Shown: in pieces, positions 1 to 11,174 of the stretch
How positions within the stretch are numbered: the first letter of the stretch is position 1
Layout of the letters: every line of letters starts with the position of its first letter
Source of the DNA: Calcarisporiella thermophila CBS 279.70
Lineage: Eukaryota > Fungi > Calcarisporiellomycota
Direction: 5' to 3'
DNA: 64,000 nt
Assembly (NCBI RefSeq): GCF_041956535.1
Contig: NW_027192205.1
Location: forward strand, 462,900-526,899
Notes under the pieces: model-generated
Told to the model about the DNA's origin: nothing
Database searches by the model: none
What the model saw: the letters and a program-made list of their open reading frames with translations, nothing else
Translations under genes and position numbers: made by a program

Positions 1-22
1 CCATTAAAAACACAGGCCAAAG

Positions 23-638
23 ATGCCGAAGAACAAAGGCAAAGTAAGTGAGATTTCCGCATGCCGCCGTGTTGATCGAAATGAATTGGAGCCCCTTTGA
101 CTAATGGGTCCTTCGCCCGCCCGCCCTTCACTTGGCCTTGCTTCTTTTCTCGGTAGGGAGGTAAAAACAGAAGAAGAGGGAAGAATGAGAACGAAGACAA
201 CAAGCGTGAGCTGATTTTCAAGGAGGATGGTCAAGGTAAGCTTTACACGCTTCTTACGCGGTCAACCATCCCACTCGCTTCCGCTGGCATGGCGACTAAT
301 GCGCTTCTTCCATGATCTGCGTAGAATACGCCCAAGTCGTCAAGATGTTGGGGAATGGCCGTCTGGAGGCCATGTGCTTCGACGGTGAGAAGCGCCTCGC
401 ACATATCCGTGGCAAGCTGCGCAAGAAGGTATGGATCAACCAAGGCGACATCATCCTCATCTCCCTCCGTGATTTCCAGGACGACAAGGCCGATGTGCTG
501 CTCAAATACTCCGCCGACGAGGCACGCAGCTTGAAGTCGTATGGTGAGCTTCCCGAGAATGCCAAGATCAACGAGACGGATACGTTTGGCCCAGAGGACG
601 AGGAGTGCAACTTCGAGTTCGATATCGATGAGATCTAG
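23..638 (+). CDS. EIF1A: Eukaryotic translation initiation factor 1A
   Basis: Three exons (23-43, 157-235, 325-638) with GT-AG introns give [20 protein letters not shown]...[38 protein letters not shown]..., the canonical eIF1A sequence. Confidence 0.98.
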
Positions 639-1451
639 ACGACTTCTGAGGGTTTCTGTTTTTAATCTTCACTCTTATTTCTACGCAATCTCCTCTCCCT
701 CCCTCTCGCTTTCTTCTTCTCTGTTGGATTTCTCTTTTTTTTTCCACTCTTGTTGGCTCATCTATTTTTTTTTATCTCTTTCTCTCTGGGAACAGTATAG
801 GCATTTGGCTCAATAATATTGAGTGCTTTTTTTTTTTTAAAAAAAATACTTGGCGGGAAAGAAGTAAAGGAAAGAGACTTTGTAATATTTACTTACCCTT
901 TCGCTTCTTTTCCGTGAATTCTTGTCTATTCTCCATTTTGTTTTCTCTACTCGATTGGGTCGGCCTCTTTAATAAAAAGATCGGGAAGGAAAGCCCGGAG
1001 GGGCCTACTTCCCCTGGTGAAATAGAGTAGCTTGGGTAGACGCCCGATTGGCAAGCATGTCACCAAAGAAGTCAGTGCCACCTCAACTTGGGCCAGCTTT
1101 GAGTCGGAAGTATTGTTTTATTCATTCTTTTGGGAGTATGATCCAATATATAAGTTAAGCGAGAGGGAAATGGTACAGGGTAAAAAAAAAAAGGGGGGGG
1201 GGGGAGAATATGCCCAGCATATTTCCCTTTTTTTTGTCTGATCTGATCTAAATACAAACGATGTTTTACACTAAATCATCCATGGAGAAGGGTGAAGCTG
1301 CTATGCGGATGTAGAGAAGAGGGGTGGAGGAGTGATCATGAACAAGGGAAGGTGGAAGGGAGGGAGGGGTATATACAGACAGATATGGATAGCTACACAG
1401 AGGTTGACTTTTGGGGACTAAGTACAGAGGGGTTTGGTTGTTTCCGGTCCT

Positions 1452-2015
1452 TTACGCCCATTGCCAGGAGATGGGCACTCGGCCTTGGGCCTGGTCAGCA
1501 ATCTTCTGGAAAGCGGCGGGGCTCAGGTCCAGATCGCCGTGGGCGCATCCGGGGCACTTGTCCACCACGGTCACGGTCACCTTGCCCTTGGGGCCGGACA
1601 CCTCGACCTTTTTGCCGCACGAAGGGGCGCCATTGTTGCCGCTGCCGAACTGGGGCGCGTTGAGGGCAGCCACCATGTCGCTGTTCGAGTTGGTGGAGCC
1701 ACAGGCGCCGAGGCCGACGTCGTAGAAGGTGCCGTCGCCCTTAAAGGCGGAGAGAGTCTCGCCCACAGGGCCTTTGCCGTCGGTGCTGGCGGCGGCGGGG
1801 GTATCGGGAGCGGTTGGGTTCGTATCATTGTTGGTGGCCTTGGCGAAGGCGAGGGGGGAGTGCGCGTTGGGGTCGGGGGTGGCCTCGCGGATGGCGTGCA
1901 CGGCCTGGTGGATCATGCTGGAGAGGTCGGCGGGAGCCTCCTGGCGCTTCTGGACGGGGGCGGAGAGGGCGAGGGTGGAGAGGAGGGCGGTGACGATCAA
2001 GGTCTTGAAGTACAT
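1452..2015 (-). CDS. Secreted expansin-like/loosenin-type protein (RlpA-like double-psi beta-barrel), 187 aa
   Basis: Signal peptide MYFKTLIVTALLSTLALS, a KR site and an Ala/Pro/Thr linker. The domain carries DPBB motifs GDGTFYDVGLGACG, VAALNAPQF, CGKKVEV, TVVDKCPGCAHGDLDLSPAAF and GRVPISW. Intronless. Confidence 0.92.
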   Translation of the reverse strand: MYFKTLIVTALLSTLALSAPVQKRQEAPADLSSMIHQAVHAIREATPDPNAHSPLAFAKATNNDTNPTAPDTPAAASTDGKGPVGETLSAFKGDGTFYDVGLGACGSTNSNSDMVAALNAPQFGSGNNGAPSCGKKVEVSGPKGKVTVTVVDKCPGCAHGDLDLSPAAFQKIADQAQGRVPISWQWA

Positions 2016-2156
2016 GCTGCAGAGGTAATGACAGGCGAGATGGGTTAGGCGTAGAGTGAGAGGAAAGGGGAGCCGATCAACGGTGGGTGTGGTATGCGAA
2101 GCGAGGGCGGCTGTGGAGAGGGGTGGGCGGTTGGAGTGCCGCCGGGAGCCCGCGAC

Positions 2157-2164
2157 CTTATATA
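2157..2164 (-). promoter_or_regulatory. TATA box of the expansin-like gene
   Basis: TATATAAG on the minus strand in a GC-rich context, about 140 bp upstream of the ATG at 2015. Confidence 0.6.
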
Positions 2165-3505
2165 GCCCGTCGGCATGGCCTGGCTGCGTTTCAATCGCCG
2201 AAGTTACCCCTGATCGCAAGCCGGCCCTGGGTACCTTCCCGCTGGCCCGCCAGCCACCAGTCAGCGACGACTTGCGCTTGCTTCTTTTCTCGAGCGGCTG
2301 AGAGGGAAAACGAATATCCCCCGTCGGCCTTGTCGAGCACCGCGGGCTGTAACGAATGAAAAGTTTTCCATTTCAAAATCGGATCAACTTCGAGTACCCG
2401 CTCGGCGAACCGGATTGGAGGGGGGCAGAGCCGAAGTTACCGGGACGGGGTGCGAGAAATCAAGGCCCGCCCTCGAAGCAAATGAGAGCGATTTCCGTCA
2501 AATCTCTCCAATGCTCTGGATCTGGATCGAGCGATTGTTGGTCGTTGGCCCGGTTTTGCGTTGAGTTATTGGCGGAGAGGCCGGGACTGGAGAGTGGGTG
2601 AACCAAGAGAGGCCCCTGGCCCTCCTCCCCGGCCCCGCTCCCACTCGCACTCCCACTCGCACTCCAGCTGTGCTCCCCCAGCCTTGGCTTTTTGGTGCAA
2701 TTTCCTCGCCTGGGCCTTTCCCCCTGGGTCCCCTCCCCCCGCCTAAGACCTCCATTTTTCTATCCAAAGAGCAGGCCGGCTCGCTCCGTCAAAACCAAGT
2801 TTCACTCGGTGGAGCTCGGCGACTGATAAGCCAGGAAATGTTGAAAACCGGTTTCCTTCAAAGCGAAAAGCCCGGGCTCCTCTCCAGTAGCGAGTAGACG
2901 GCCCCCGTCATTTATTTTTATCTTTCATTTCTGCCTGCCCTTTGACTGGGGATCAGGCCTGAGGGGAGAGGCTACGTGGAGGCCTGAGGACTTATCAAAG
3001 CCAAATCTCTCGGCCTCCAGCGGCCGGGCAAGCAGGAGCTCGAAAATAGAGACTGGGACCCTGCCCCTGGTTATGGAAGGGGGGAATTTTGCCCCCCTGC
3101 TCATTGGGCGGAAGGATCAAGTCCACTTGGACTTGAACCGAATCTCCCAGCTCGATTCAACAACCATATGAAAATCCAACCACGCTGTTTCGAGTGGGGA
3201 GGGGGGAGCCGAGGGCTTTTCCACTCGCTCACTCGCCCATGCATTTCCCCTTATTCATTTACACTTTCCGCTGCTTGAGACCAACAAATAGGAGGGTACA
3301 CAACAATGAAATGATTTGCATTTGAAAAAATAAACAGTTTGGCCTCGCTTCCCTTCCCCTTCCCCCAAGCATTGGAATTAGGAATGGAAGGGGACCGCTT
3401 TGGGGGTCGCCACAAGCGGGTCGAGTGTCAATAAATTGAAATGGAAACAAAATTATCATCGGCAGTACCGCCGGAGAGGCCCCGAGAAGCCCCCCTCTAA
3501 CCAAT

Positions 3506-4868
3506 TCATTTTCTCCGCCCTTCTTTGTCGCGGTGGGAGGCATTGGTAGTCGGGCTGGGCGACCGTCGGTGCCGCTTATGCTTTCAAGGGGCAGGGTGTT
3601 TAGAGGGTGGTCAGGAAGGAGACGCAATAACAGAGCATTTACCTTGTGCTTGTCCTTGTCCTTGTCCTTGTCCTTGTGGGAATGCCGACGCATCACCTCC
3701 AGAGCATCTCCGATATCTTTTTCACGGGCCGAGCGTGACGGGGATCGCGATCGGCCACGCTCCCCTTCCCTGTCTCTCCGCCTGTCCCGCTCTTTATCCT
3801 GCTCTCGTTCCGACTCCCGATCTCTCCTCCTCTCCTTGTCTCTGTCCCGGTCCTTGTCCTTGTCCTTCTTCTTCCTCTTCCTCTTCTTTCCCTCTCCCTC
3901 CCCAGCATCCGCCGCCCAGTCCAGATCGTCCACCTCAGGGAGCAGCTCATAATTCTTTTGGTCCCCCGCTTTCTCTGCGTTGAAGCACTCCGTAGCCTAC
4001 GCGAACAACGAGACGTGTAAAATCGTACAAAGGCCCATGACCAATGCGTAATAAAAATCAAGCAGTATCATACCAAGTGGCCTCGCACTCCGCATTTGGG
4101 GCAGACGGTGTTTTGAAGCGCGCTCGAGATATCAATTGGGGCACGCTCCCAGCTGCCATCCGACGCGTTGCGACGGTTCTCTTGGGACATCTTGACATTG
4201 TTAGGATCTGTGAATAGATATCAGCAGGTGGTAGAAAACCAGGTTAAAAGACGCGTACTATTGAATATGAAAAAGGAAAAAGACATCACCTAAATCTTCT
4301 CCGCGCCCTAAAGAACCAGAGGGGTAGAAGAGCAAGTTAGAGTTAGTTAGTAAACCCTTAGAGTAGGCTTGGCTCTATAGGCAGACTAGACCTTGCCCAA
4401 CGTGCTTCATGGAAAGCCCAATCTTGGTCCTGCCGCCCTCCTCTCTAACCTCCACCACTTTCACCCACACAAAATCCCCCTCCTCTACCACATCCGACCT
4501 ATCAAAATCGCGTCGGCCAAAATGAACTATATTTAGGACGGGTAGGATGAGATCAAATTAACCAGCTTACACATTCTCTGTAAAATGCCTCGAGAGCTGG
4601 GACTTATGCACGAGGCCCTGACAGGAAAAGCCCTTGATCTCGATAAAGGCGCCATAATCCTGGACCTTGGCCACCTTTAATTTTGCTTGATGTGAGCATA
4701 AAATAAGAGAAGGAGACGGCGAGCTGAGGAATGGGCTACCTTTCCTTGGTGAATGCTGTAGAGATCAGGTACGGCATCGCGGGATCTTCGGCGATCGTCT
4801 CGGTTAGAACGTCCGTGATCATAAGATCCCCTTCGATCGCGATCTCTTTCGGTATAACGCGAATCCAT
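3506..4868 (-). CDS. ZCCHC17: S1 RNA-binding domain + CCHC zinc knuckle protein (ZCCHC17/pNO40-like) with RD/RS-rich tail
   Basis: Spliced model gives an S1 domain (LYSIHQGKVAKVQDYGAFIEIKGFSCQGLVHKSQLS...VWVKVVEV) and a knuckle CPKCGVRGHL|ATEC split by an intron. A K/R/D-rich tail follows; last exon HKRHRRSPSP...EGRRK*. Confidence 0.85.
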
Positions 4869-4975
4869 GGTACCGAAATGGCGAAGAATACTCTTCGAGG
4901 TTGAAACCCTAAAATTTGTATTGCCGCTCCGAATTTCTATTTGGTTACCATTTTTTCCTTTTCTTCCTATGGACC

Positions 4976-6039
4976 ATGTCCACACCGATTCTTCAACATT
5001 TTGAGGGTAGCCCATAGTGCTGATGCCGTGTTTTGATTCCGTTTCTGACCATGTTTGTTTCTCCCGCCCATTCTTTTAGATCCTGAGCCCTCAAGTCGCA
5101 AAAAATACCGCGCCCCCCGCAAGCCTACGGCCGTCACCGTCTACACGGTGAACCGTGAGTCCCGGCACCTACTGGTGTCCAATGTGGCTGCCCTCCAGCT
5201 CTCTTCCGAACTCATAGCTCTCTTCGCACAGTATGGCGACATTGAAGAGTGGGTGACATCATGTCCTTTTTCATTTCGTATAGAAATTAGCTTGAAACCG
5301 TCGTGCTTCTTTTTCTTGGTATTACAGGTGGCAGAAGGTGGAGGACTATCCATGCGAGGAGTTCACGGAGGCCTTCTGGATCAAGTTTGTGTCCTTGTCT
5401 GCGGCGCGGCTGGCCAAGCGAAGACTGGACGACCGCTATTTCTTTAGCCGGCACCTTACGGTGAACTATGCACCCGAGTACGAGTCGGTGGAAGATGTGC
5501 GGGCGAAGCTGGAGGAGCGGCGAAAGGCCATTGCGGAAAGGACCACAAGGCGCACCGGCCAACGTGGGGGGCAAATGGGACAGGAGTCAGAGCCACGGGA
5601 AACAAGGTAGGATCAGTTTGTCAGCACTGGTTTATCTAGGGGGAATGGTATTCATTGGCATTTGCTTCATACTTTCTCTTTTTTTTTTTTTGCACCTTCT
5701 GCTTTTCCTTTGTCATGTGGGGGCGGCAGTCAACATCCTATGCCGGTGTCATCGGTAGCATGGTCACACGCTCACCATCCCACTTTCTCATACACCCCAT
5801 TTCAAGAAACATGGGGGCCGGATGATTCAGAGGATCCCCTCGGGGCAACTACCCTCGCAATACGAGAGCAACTGCGCAGCTTCGGGAGCTCAGCCTCTGT
5901 AATGAGACCTGGTCTACCAGCACAAGCACCAGCACAAGCACTAACAACAGCAACAGCACCTCCTTCTACTCATCTATCTACGGGTCTACCTCCCTCTTCT
6001 TCCGCGCCACCGCAGTTAAGAAAGCGGCGAAGGATTTAG
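4976..6039 (+). CDS. RBM48: RNA-binding protein 48 (minor spliceosome-associated RRM protein)
   Basis: Four exons. KYRAPRKPTAVTVYTVNRESRHLLV...LFAQYGDIEE|W...DYPCEEFTEAFWIKF...ARLAKRRLDD...VNYAPEYESVEDVRAKLEERR matches the recalled RBM48 signature (AVKVYT...ES.YLL, YPAE.FTEVY.IKF, YAPE.E.V...R.KL). Ends in an NLS-like RKRRRI. Confidence 0.9.
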
Positions 6040-6195
6040 ACGGGGGGTCAGGGGCCAGGTTCATAGTGTGTGAAATATATATTCCCACTTCCTACATCTT
6101 ACAATCAAAACAATGGATAATTTATACAAAAATGAATACAAAAAGCGAAAGGGGAAAGGGCGGGGTGGGGTGAAGGGTGGCGGCGTGGGTTCGGA

Positions 6196-8625
6196 CTAGT
6201 GAGATGTTTCGTTTTTGTGAACCTGGATGAGAAACTGGATGCGTGCGCATATCTCATCTACCATGGAAGAAGATAGAGAAAAAAAAAACCGTTAGGCACT
6301 CTGAAGTGGGGAGCCCACGTCAAGGGTCCAAACATACGCGCTTCTTTAGCGGTCTCAACTTCCAATTCGTAGGCTTTAGTGTCACGGTTCTTATAGACCA
6401 TGAGCTTGAAGTTGGTTGGCACCTTCTTGCTCTGTTTGCAGGAGATCACCGAGCTAATATGGTAGGAGGACTGGAATGGCAATACCATCCAAGATTAGTG
6501 GACCGTTCAGTACGGTTGTGGGATACGTCGGTATCATTTACCGTCTTGGTCTTATCGAATTTTTGCTCCGGCGGCATCAGATGAATATATTCTCCGTCGA
6601 TGGCCAGAACCCGTTCATGCCGTCCCATGCCCATGAGCACAGGAGTCTTGCGGTTGACCGTGTATTTCTATGGAACATGAAAAAAAAATAAAGTAAAATT
6701 TGGGCCCTGAATTCACGTTGTTTTCTTTTGAAAATGCAAGCATTACCTTGTAAGCTGTGGTATATTCGCTGGAGGTAACATATGAGAATCGAGAGGCCTC
6801 CTCTCGTTGCCTTCGTGACCCTAAAAAGACGGCGCGCATATATAAACAGCGTCAGTTCATGTGCATGAGCATTCCAAACCAAGCTAAGCAAAGGGTGTAC
6901 TTACGGGCGGGGCTGACGTTCGACTTCTTCACCAGGCAGAGCTCTGAGACCCCGGGCGGGAGACTCTCCACGGTGCGGTCCAAGTCGACCAGCGCCCCCA
7001 CGCCGCCCCCCACTCCCTCATTAATGAGCGCCAGCTCATACTCGTTAGGATCCAGTCGGCGCTTTCTGCAAATCAGTTCCAGCACGTCTCCCAGAAACAT
7101 GTCCAGGTACACGCTGATGGTGGTGGTGTGCGACACCTCGGTGTCCTCAGCAGTAAGGCGGATTTTAAGGAAGTGGGATGCGGGGTTGGTGGCGGTGTTT
7201 TTCGTGAGAGTATGCTTTTGCATCGGGACCGGTTTGACGTGGGTGGAGCCAGCGATGGCGGTAGAGGGTGCTGCGGAAGAGGAGGCCACGGCGGACTCGG
7301 GGGTGAATGCGATGTCCTCGGCCGACGGTTGCAACTGAGGGGGTTGGGTCTGGGGCGCGACGGAGGCAGAGCTGGCGCTGGGCTGGGCCGACCGCATGAT
7401 CTCTTCGGGCTTGGGGGGCGGCCGCTTGTTCATCTGGATGTAGAGCTTCTCGTTGTGCTCGACCTGCTTGGGGGTTGCTTGCTGGAGAGCGAACTGATCG
7501 AACGAGAACATACGAATCTTCCTGGTTCTTTCCAGGGCTGCAAAGCGCATGGGGGAGAAGCCACGTCAACAGACCGGCACGGGCACATCGTGGATAACGG
7601 ATGGCTTACCTGGGAAATCCTCGTCAATCTCGCCGTCGTCCTCCGCGATCATCATATTCCACATGATCACGCTGCAGAGCGGCAGCTCCAGCGGCGGCTG
7701 CCGCTTCTCCTCCCAATACTGGAACAGCGTGTACCCGATCACCTCCTCCACGGTGGCATCTCGCTTCACCACCACAATCATCGGCTGCTTCTTCCCCATC
7801 GGGAGGTACATCTTAAGAGTCATCGGGTTCGGCTCACCCTTGCCGGCGAAAAAGCTGTACTCCTCGGCAAAGGGATTAGCAACGGCATTTTTGCGGGCAG
7901 CAATCATGGCGGAGAGGGCTGAAACTGCAACGGGTGGGCGGATGTCGATGGGGGCTGGGAGAACCATGGGTGAGGGGGGCACAAAAGGCATTGATGGGGT
8001 TGGAGTGGCAGATGTGACGGTGGGTGATGCGGGGCTCTCCATCGGACGCGTGAAGTTGATGTCATTGGCTGGGGCCGATGGAGAGAATGAATGAGAGTTG
8101 ACATCGAGGTCACCAGTGGGTTTAGACGCGGATGTCACAAATACGGCAGGAGCTTGTGCAGGTTGATCTGAAGAACTCTTCAAGTCGAACGCATGCTGAG
8201 CTTTTGCGCTGGATAATCGATGATCATTTGGTGAGATCGTTCAAGAAGAAGGACATTAGCACAGGGTTTGAGCCGTGATATTGGATTTTTATTTCGATTT
8301 CTTACCTAGCACTGGCATCGGTGTCCTCCATCTCATCTTCGCTCTCTATTTGGACCGAGGGCACCGTTAATAATGGCTTCCGCCGTAGGGCGCGTACCTT
8401 ACTTGCGGATTTAGTCTCTGGCTGCTTCTTTTGCAGATACTCGGTGCTGATTACGGGGGATATACAGTAGGAGGTCTCGGGAAAGGGGGCTGCGGTTTTG
8501 ATGTAGTCATTGGCCATAATGTTAGGCCCAAAGCTCATAATCTTGGCGCCAATGCGGTCATCGACGCGCAGGTATTTGACACGTAGCTGGTGAATTAGAA
8601 AGGCAGGATCTGTGATGAGTGACAT
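6196..8625 (-). CDS. SIN1: TORC2 subunit SIN1/Avo1 (N-terminal, CRIM, RBD-like and PH domains)
   Basis: N-terminus MSLITDPAFLIHQLRVKYLRVDD. CRIM: VKRDATVEEVIGYTL...AEDDGEIDEDFP|ALER. PH: YTTAYK...MGRHERVLAIDGEYIHLMP...YELE...EICARIQFL. Multi-exon. Confidence 0.93.
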
Positions 8626-9832
8626 AACTCATGAGGGAAATATCTCGACTCGATCTAGGAGATTTTGGGAGAGAGGAGCAAGTAGTGTGGAAATGGAATC
8701 TGAATCTAAAGGAATCGGCCGGCCCCAGCCAATGGGTGCGCGCCGCCCCTCTTTCACACGCAAAAGCAAGTTTTGCAACTCCTAATCTGTATATTACTTG
8801 TGAAATCATGAAATGACATCTTGGGCTAGGTTGCCCCCCGAGCTCCGCTATTGCTTCTGGTCACCGCTCCGGCCGGGATGCATCCCTTCTGCAAACAGGT
8901 TGCAGCCACGACCCCAGAACAGGGCTCGGGCACCTTCTCCGTCACCTTCCCTCCCGATCACGTCGCATCACTAGGCTTCAGGAATTGGGATGCTTCTTAT
9001 GTTGCCGAGAGAGTCGACATCCCTAGAATTCGGAGAACGAGTTATTTGATCTCTTCTGTCGGCGTTCATGACCCCATGCTACTCGAGTGAGCGGCTGGCA
9101 CCCGTTAGCAAAAAGCAGAACCTTCGTGTTCGTTGTACGTCACCACTATTCTTCATCCTCCCTCGCAGCTTGGCAAGGATTACTTGAGTCGCCATGGGGC
9201 TTATTACTTGTATCTGTCACAAGGATAAGCGTACAATGTTATAGATGGAGGGGCGGAGGCTTAGATGCCTCAATAGAGTTCAATGCCTGTTCTCAATTTT
9301 CTCAAAATCGACACTTTTCATGTCACCCTCGGTTTGATAGAGTCGAGATCTGTCCCACTGCTTCCAACAACACGAGTGGTTGTGACATCATTCTGCCGTA
9401 CTTATTTACAAGGGATAGACTATACAGGATACTTTGGCCATTCGGCGGCATTATGTATCTCCCTGGCATCCATTTGCTCGAGCATTGTTCAGGTGGCCTC
9501 TCTTTTGACTCGCCGGTACCGTTTGCCATGGTTTGGTTAGAGAAAGCGAAGCTCAAGGATTATTTTTAATTGCATTTAAGAGAAGCAAGAGACAAAAGGA
9601 TAGAAACGATTACAAAATCTAGACTAAAAAGGCCGCTCATACGGCTAGCAACATTAAAGGAGTGTACACCTCATCACTTCAATATCGAACAAAAAAGAAG
9701 GTGTTTAAGGTTATTTGAGGACGTAAATAAATAAGCATTATGTAAATGATACTTCGACTCTTTTCTGAATAAATACCATGGGCAGCTCCATCTCGCCTAC
9801 TTCTGCCCCCCCCCCTCCCCACTCCTACCCCG

Positions 9833-10834
9833 TTACTCGCTTGGAATCGCCTTCACTAGTCCATACGAGCAGAGGGCTGCAAATCCGCCTACAAGGAGAG
9901 TCTGAAGCGCGCCCCACACAGCCTGTTTTGGAGACAAGTAGTAGGATTTGATGTAGCCGAACACGAGCAAAGAGATACCGGTCACAATGACGGACACAAG
10001 AAGCGCAACGTCGGCGCGAACGATGAAGAAGTAGGGGAGAAGAGGGATGAAGCCGCCAACCAGGTAGCTAAGGCCAATCGTCATAGCGGATTTCTATACA
10101 ATAGAGTCACCGGCGTCAATGCCTCAATGGATCCATTCAGTATGAATGGTCAATGTTTACCCATGAGCGCTCCGGGTCGGGCTCCTCGAGATTGAGCTCG
10201 AATTTCATCATGAAGTCGACGAACTTTTCGGGGTTCGCTTTGAGGCGCTCAATCATCGGCTGAATGGTGACACGATCGAGGCCATAAGGCTCCATAATCT
10301 CGACAATTTCCTCTTCCTCATCGGCAGGACATTCGACCACTTCCATCTCTAGTGTGTTTAAGACGCGTTGACGACATGACATTTCAAGTTATAGGAATAA
10401 GGATAAACATTACCTTCGCGGCGCCGCTCGGTGCGATAGTGTTCGGCCTCTGAACGAGCGGCAAGGTACCCGCCCAACCCCATTGAGATTGCGCCCGAGA
10501 CCAATTCTACATAATGCCAAGAGCGGATTGTCATTTTACCGAGGAAAAATAAAATCAAAATAATCACGGTCCAATTACCAGCAAGGCCTCCTAGCACCAC
10601 CAGCCGCGAATTTCCCAGACTCGATAATCCTGCTGCCAACGCAAAAGGAACCGTCAGTCCATCGCTGAGCCCCAAAATCATGTCCTTCACGAACTCGGCA
10701 GACTCGAAATGGTGCTCAGTGTGCGCCCCGTGACCGTGATGAGAGTGTGTCCGGACGGGCCGGTGGACGTAACGCCCAGATTCCTGAGCCTCATGGGAAC
10801 CATTGAGGAGGGGGGTTGTGGAGTTTGCGGTCAT
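9833..10834 (-). CDS. CCC1: Vacuolar Fe/Mn transporter, VIT1/CCC1 family
   Basis: KDMILGLSDGLTVPFALAAGLSSLG, ELVSGAISMGLGGYLAA, FVDFMMKFEL and TIGLSYLVGGFIPLLPYF; four exons. Confidence 0.96.
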
Positions 10835-11174
10835 TATGTTCTTGGTTATGGCTTGAAGAAAAATGAATGGCAATACTTTTTCGAAAAAAACACAAATAAA
10901 TATGGACTCGGGATCGAATATAACCGTGAAGGTGGTTTCAGATACATGAATTGCAAAATTGATTATCCAACTGCGTAATAATCTCGATTTAGGTTCAAAT
11001 ACCATCGGGTATATTGGAAAAAAAAACAACCAAAGGTGAATTAGATATTACGGAAACGAGTTATAGGTAAGAGAAAACAATTAATAGAACAAAATGCGGT
11101 GATGAACATGAGCAGACGAAGAGAGCTCACTCATTGACTCGGTGTTATAGATTAATAAAAAAGCGGCGCCCAGT

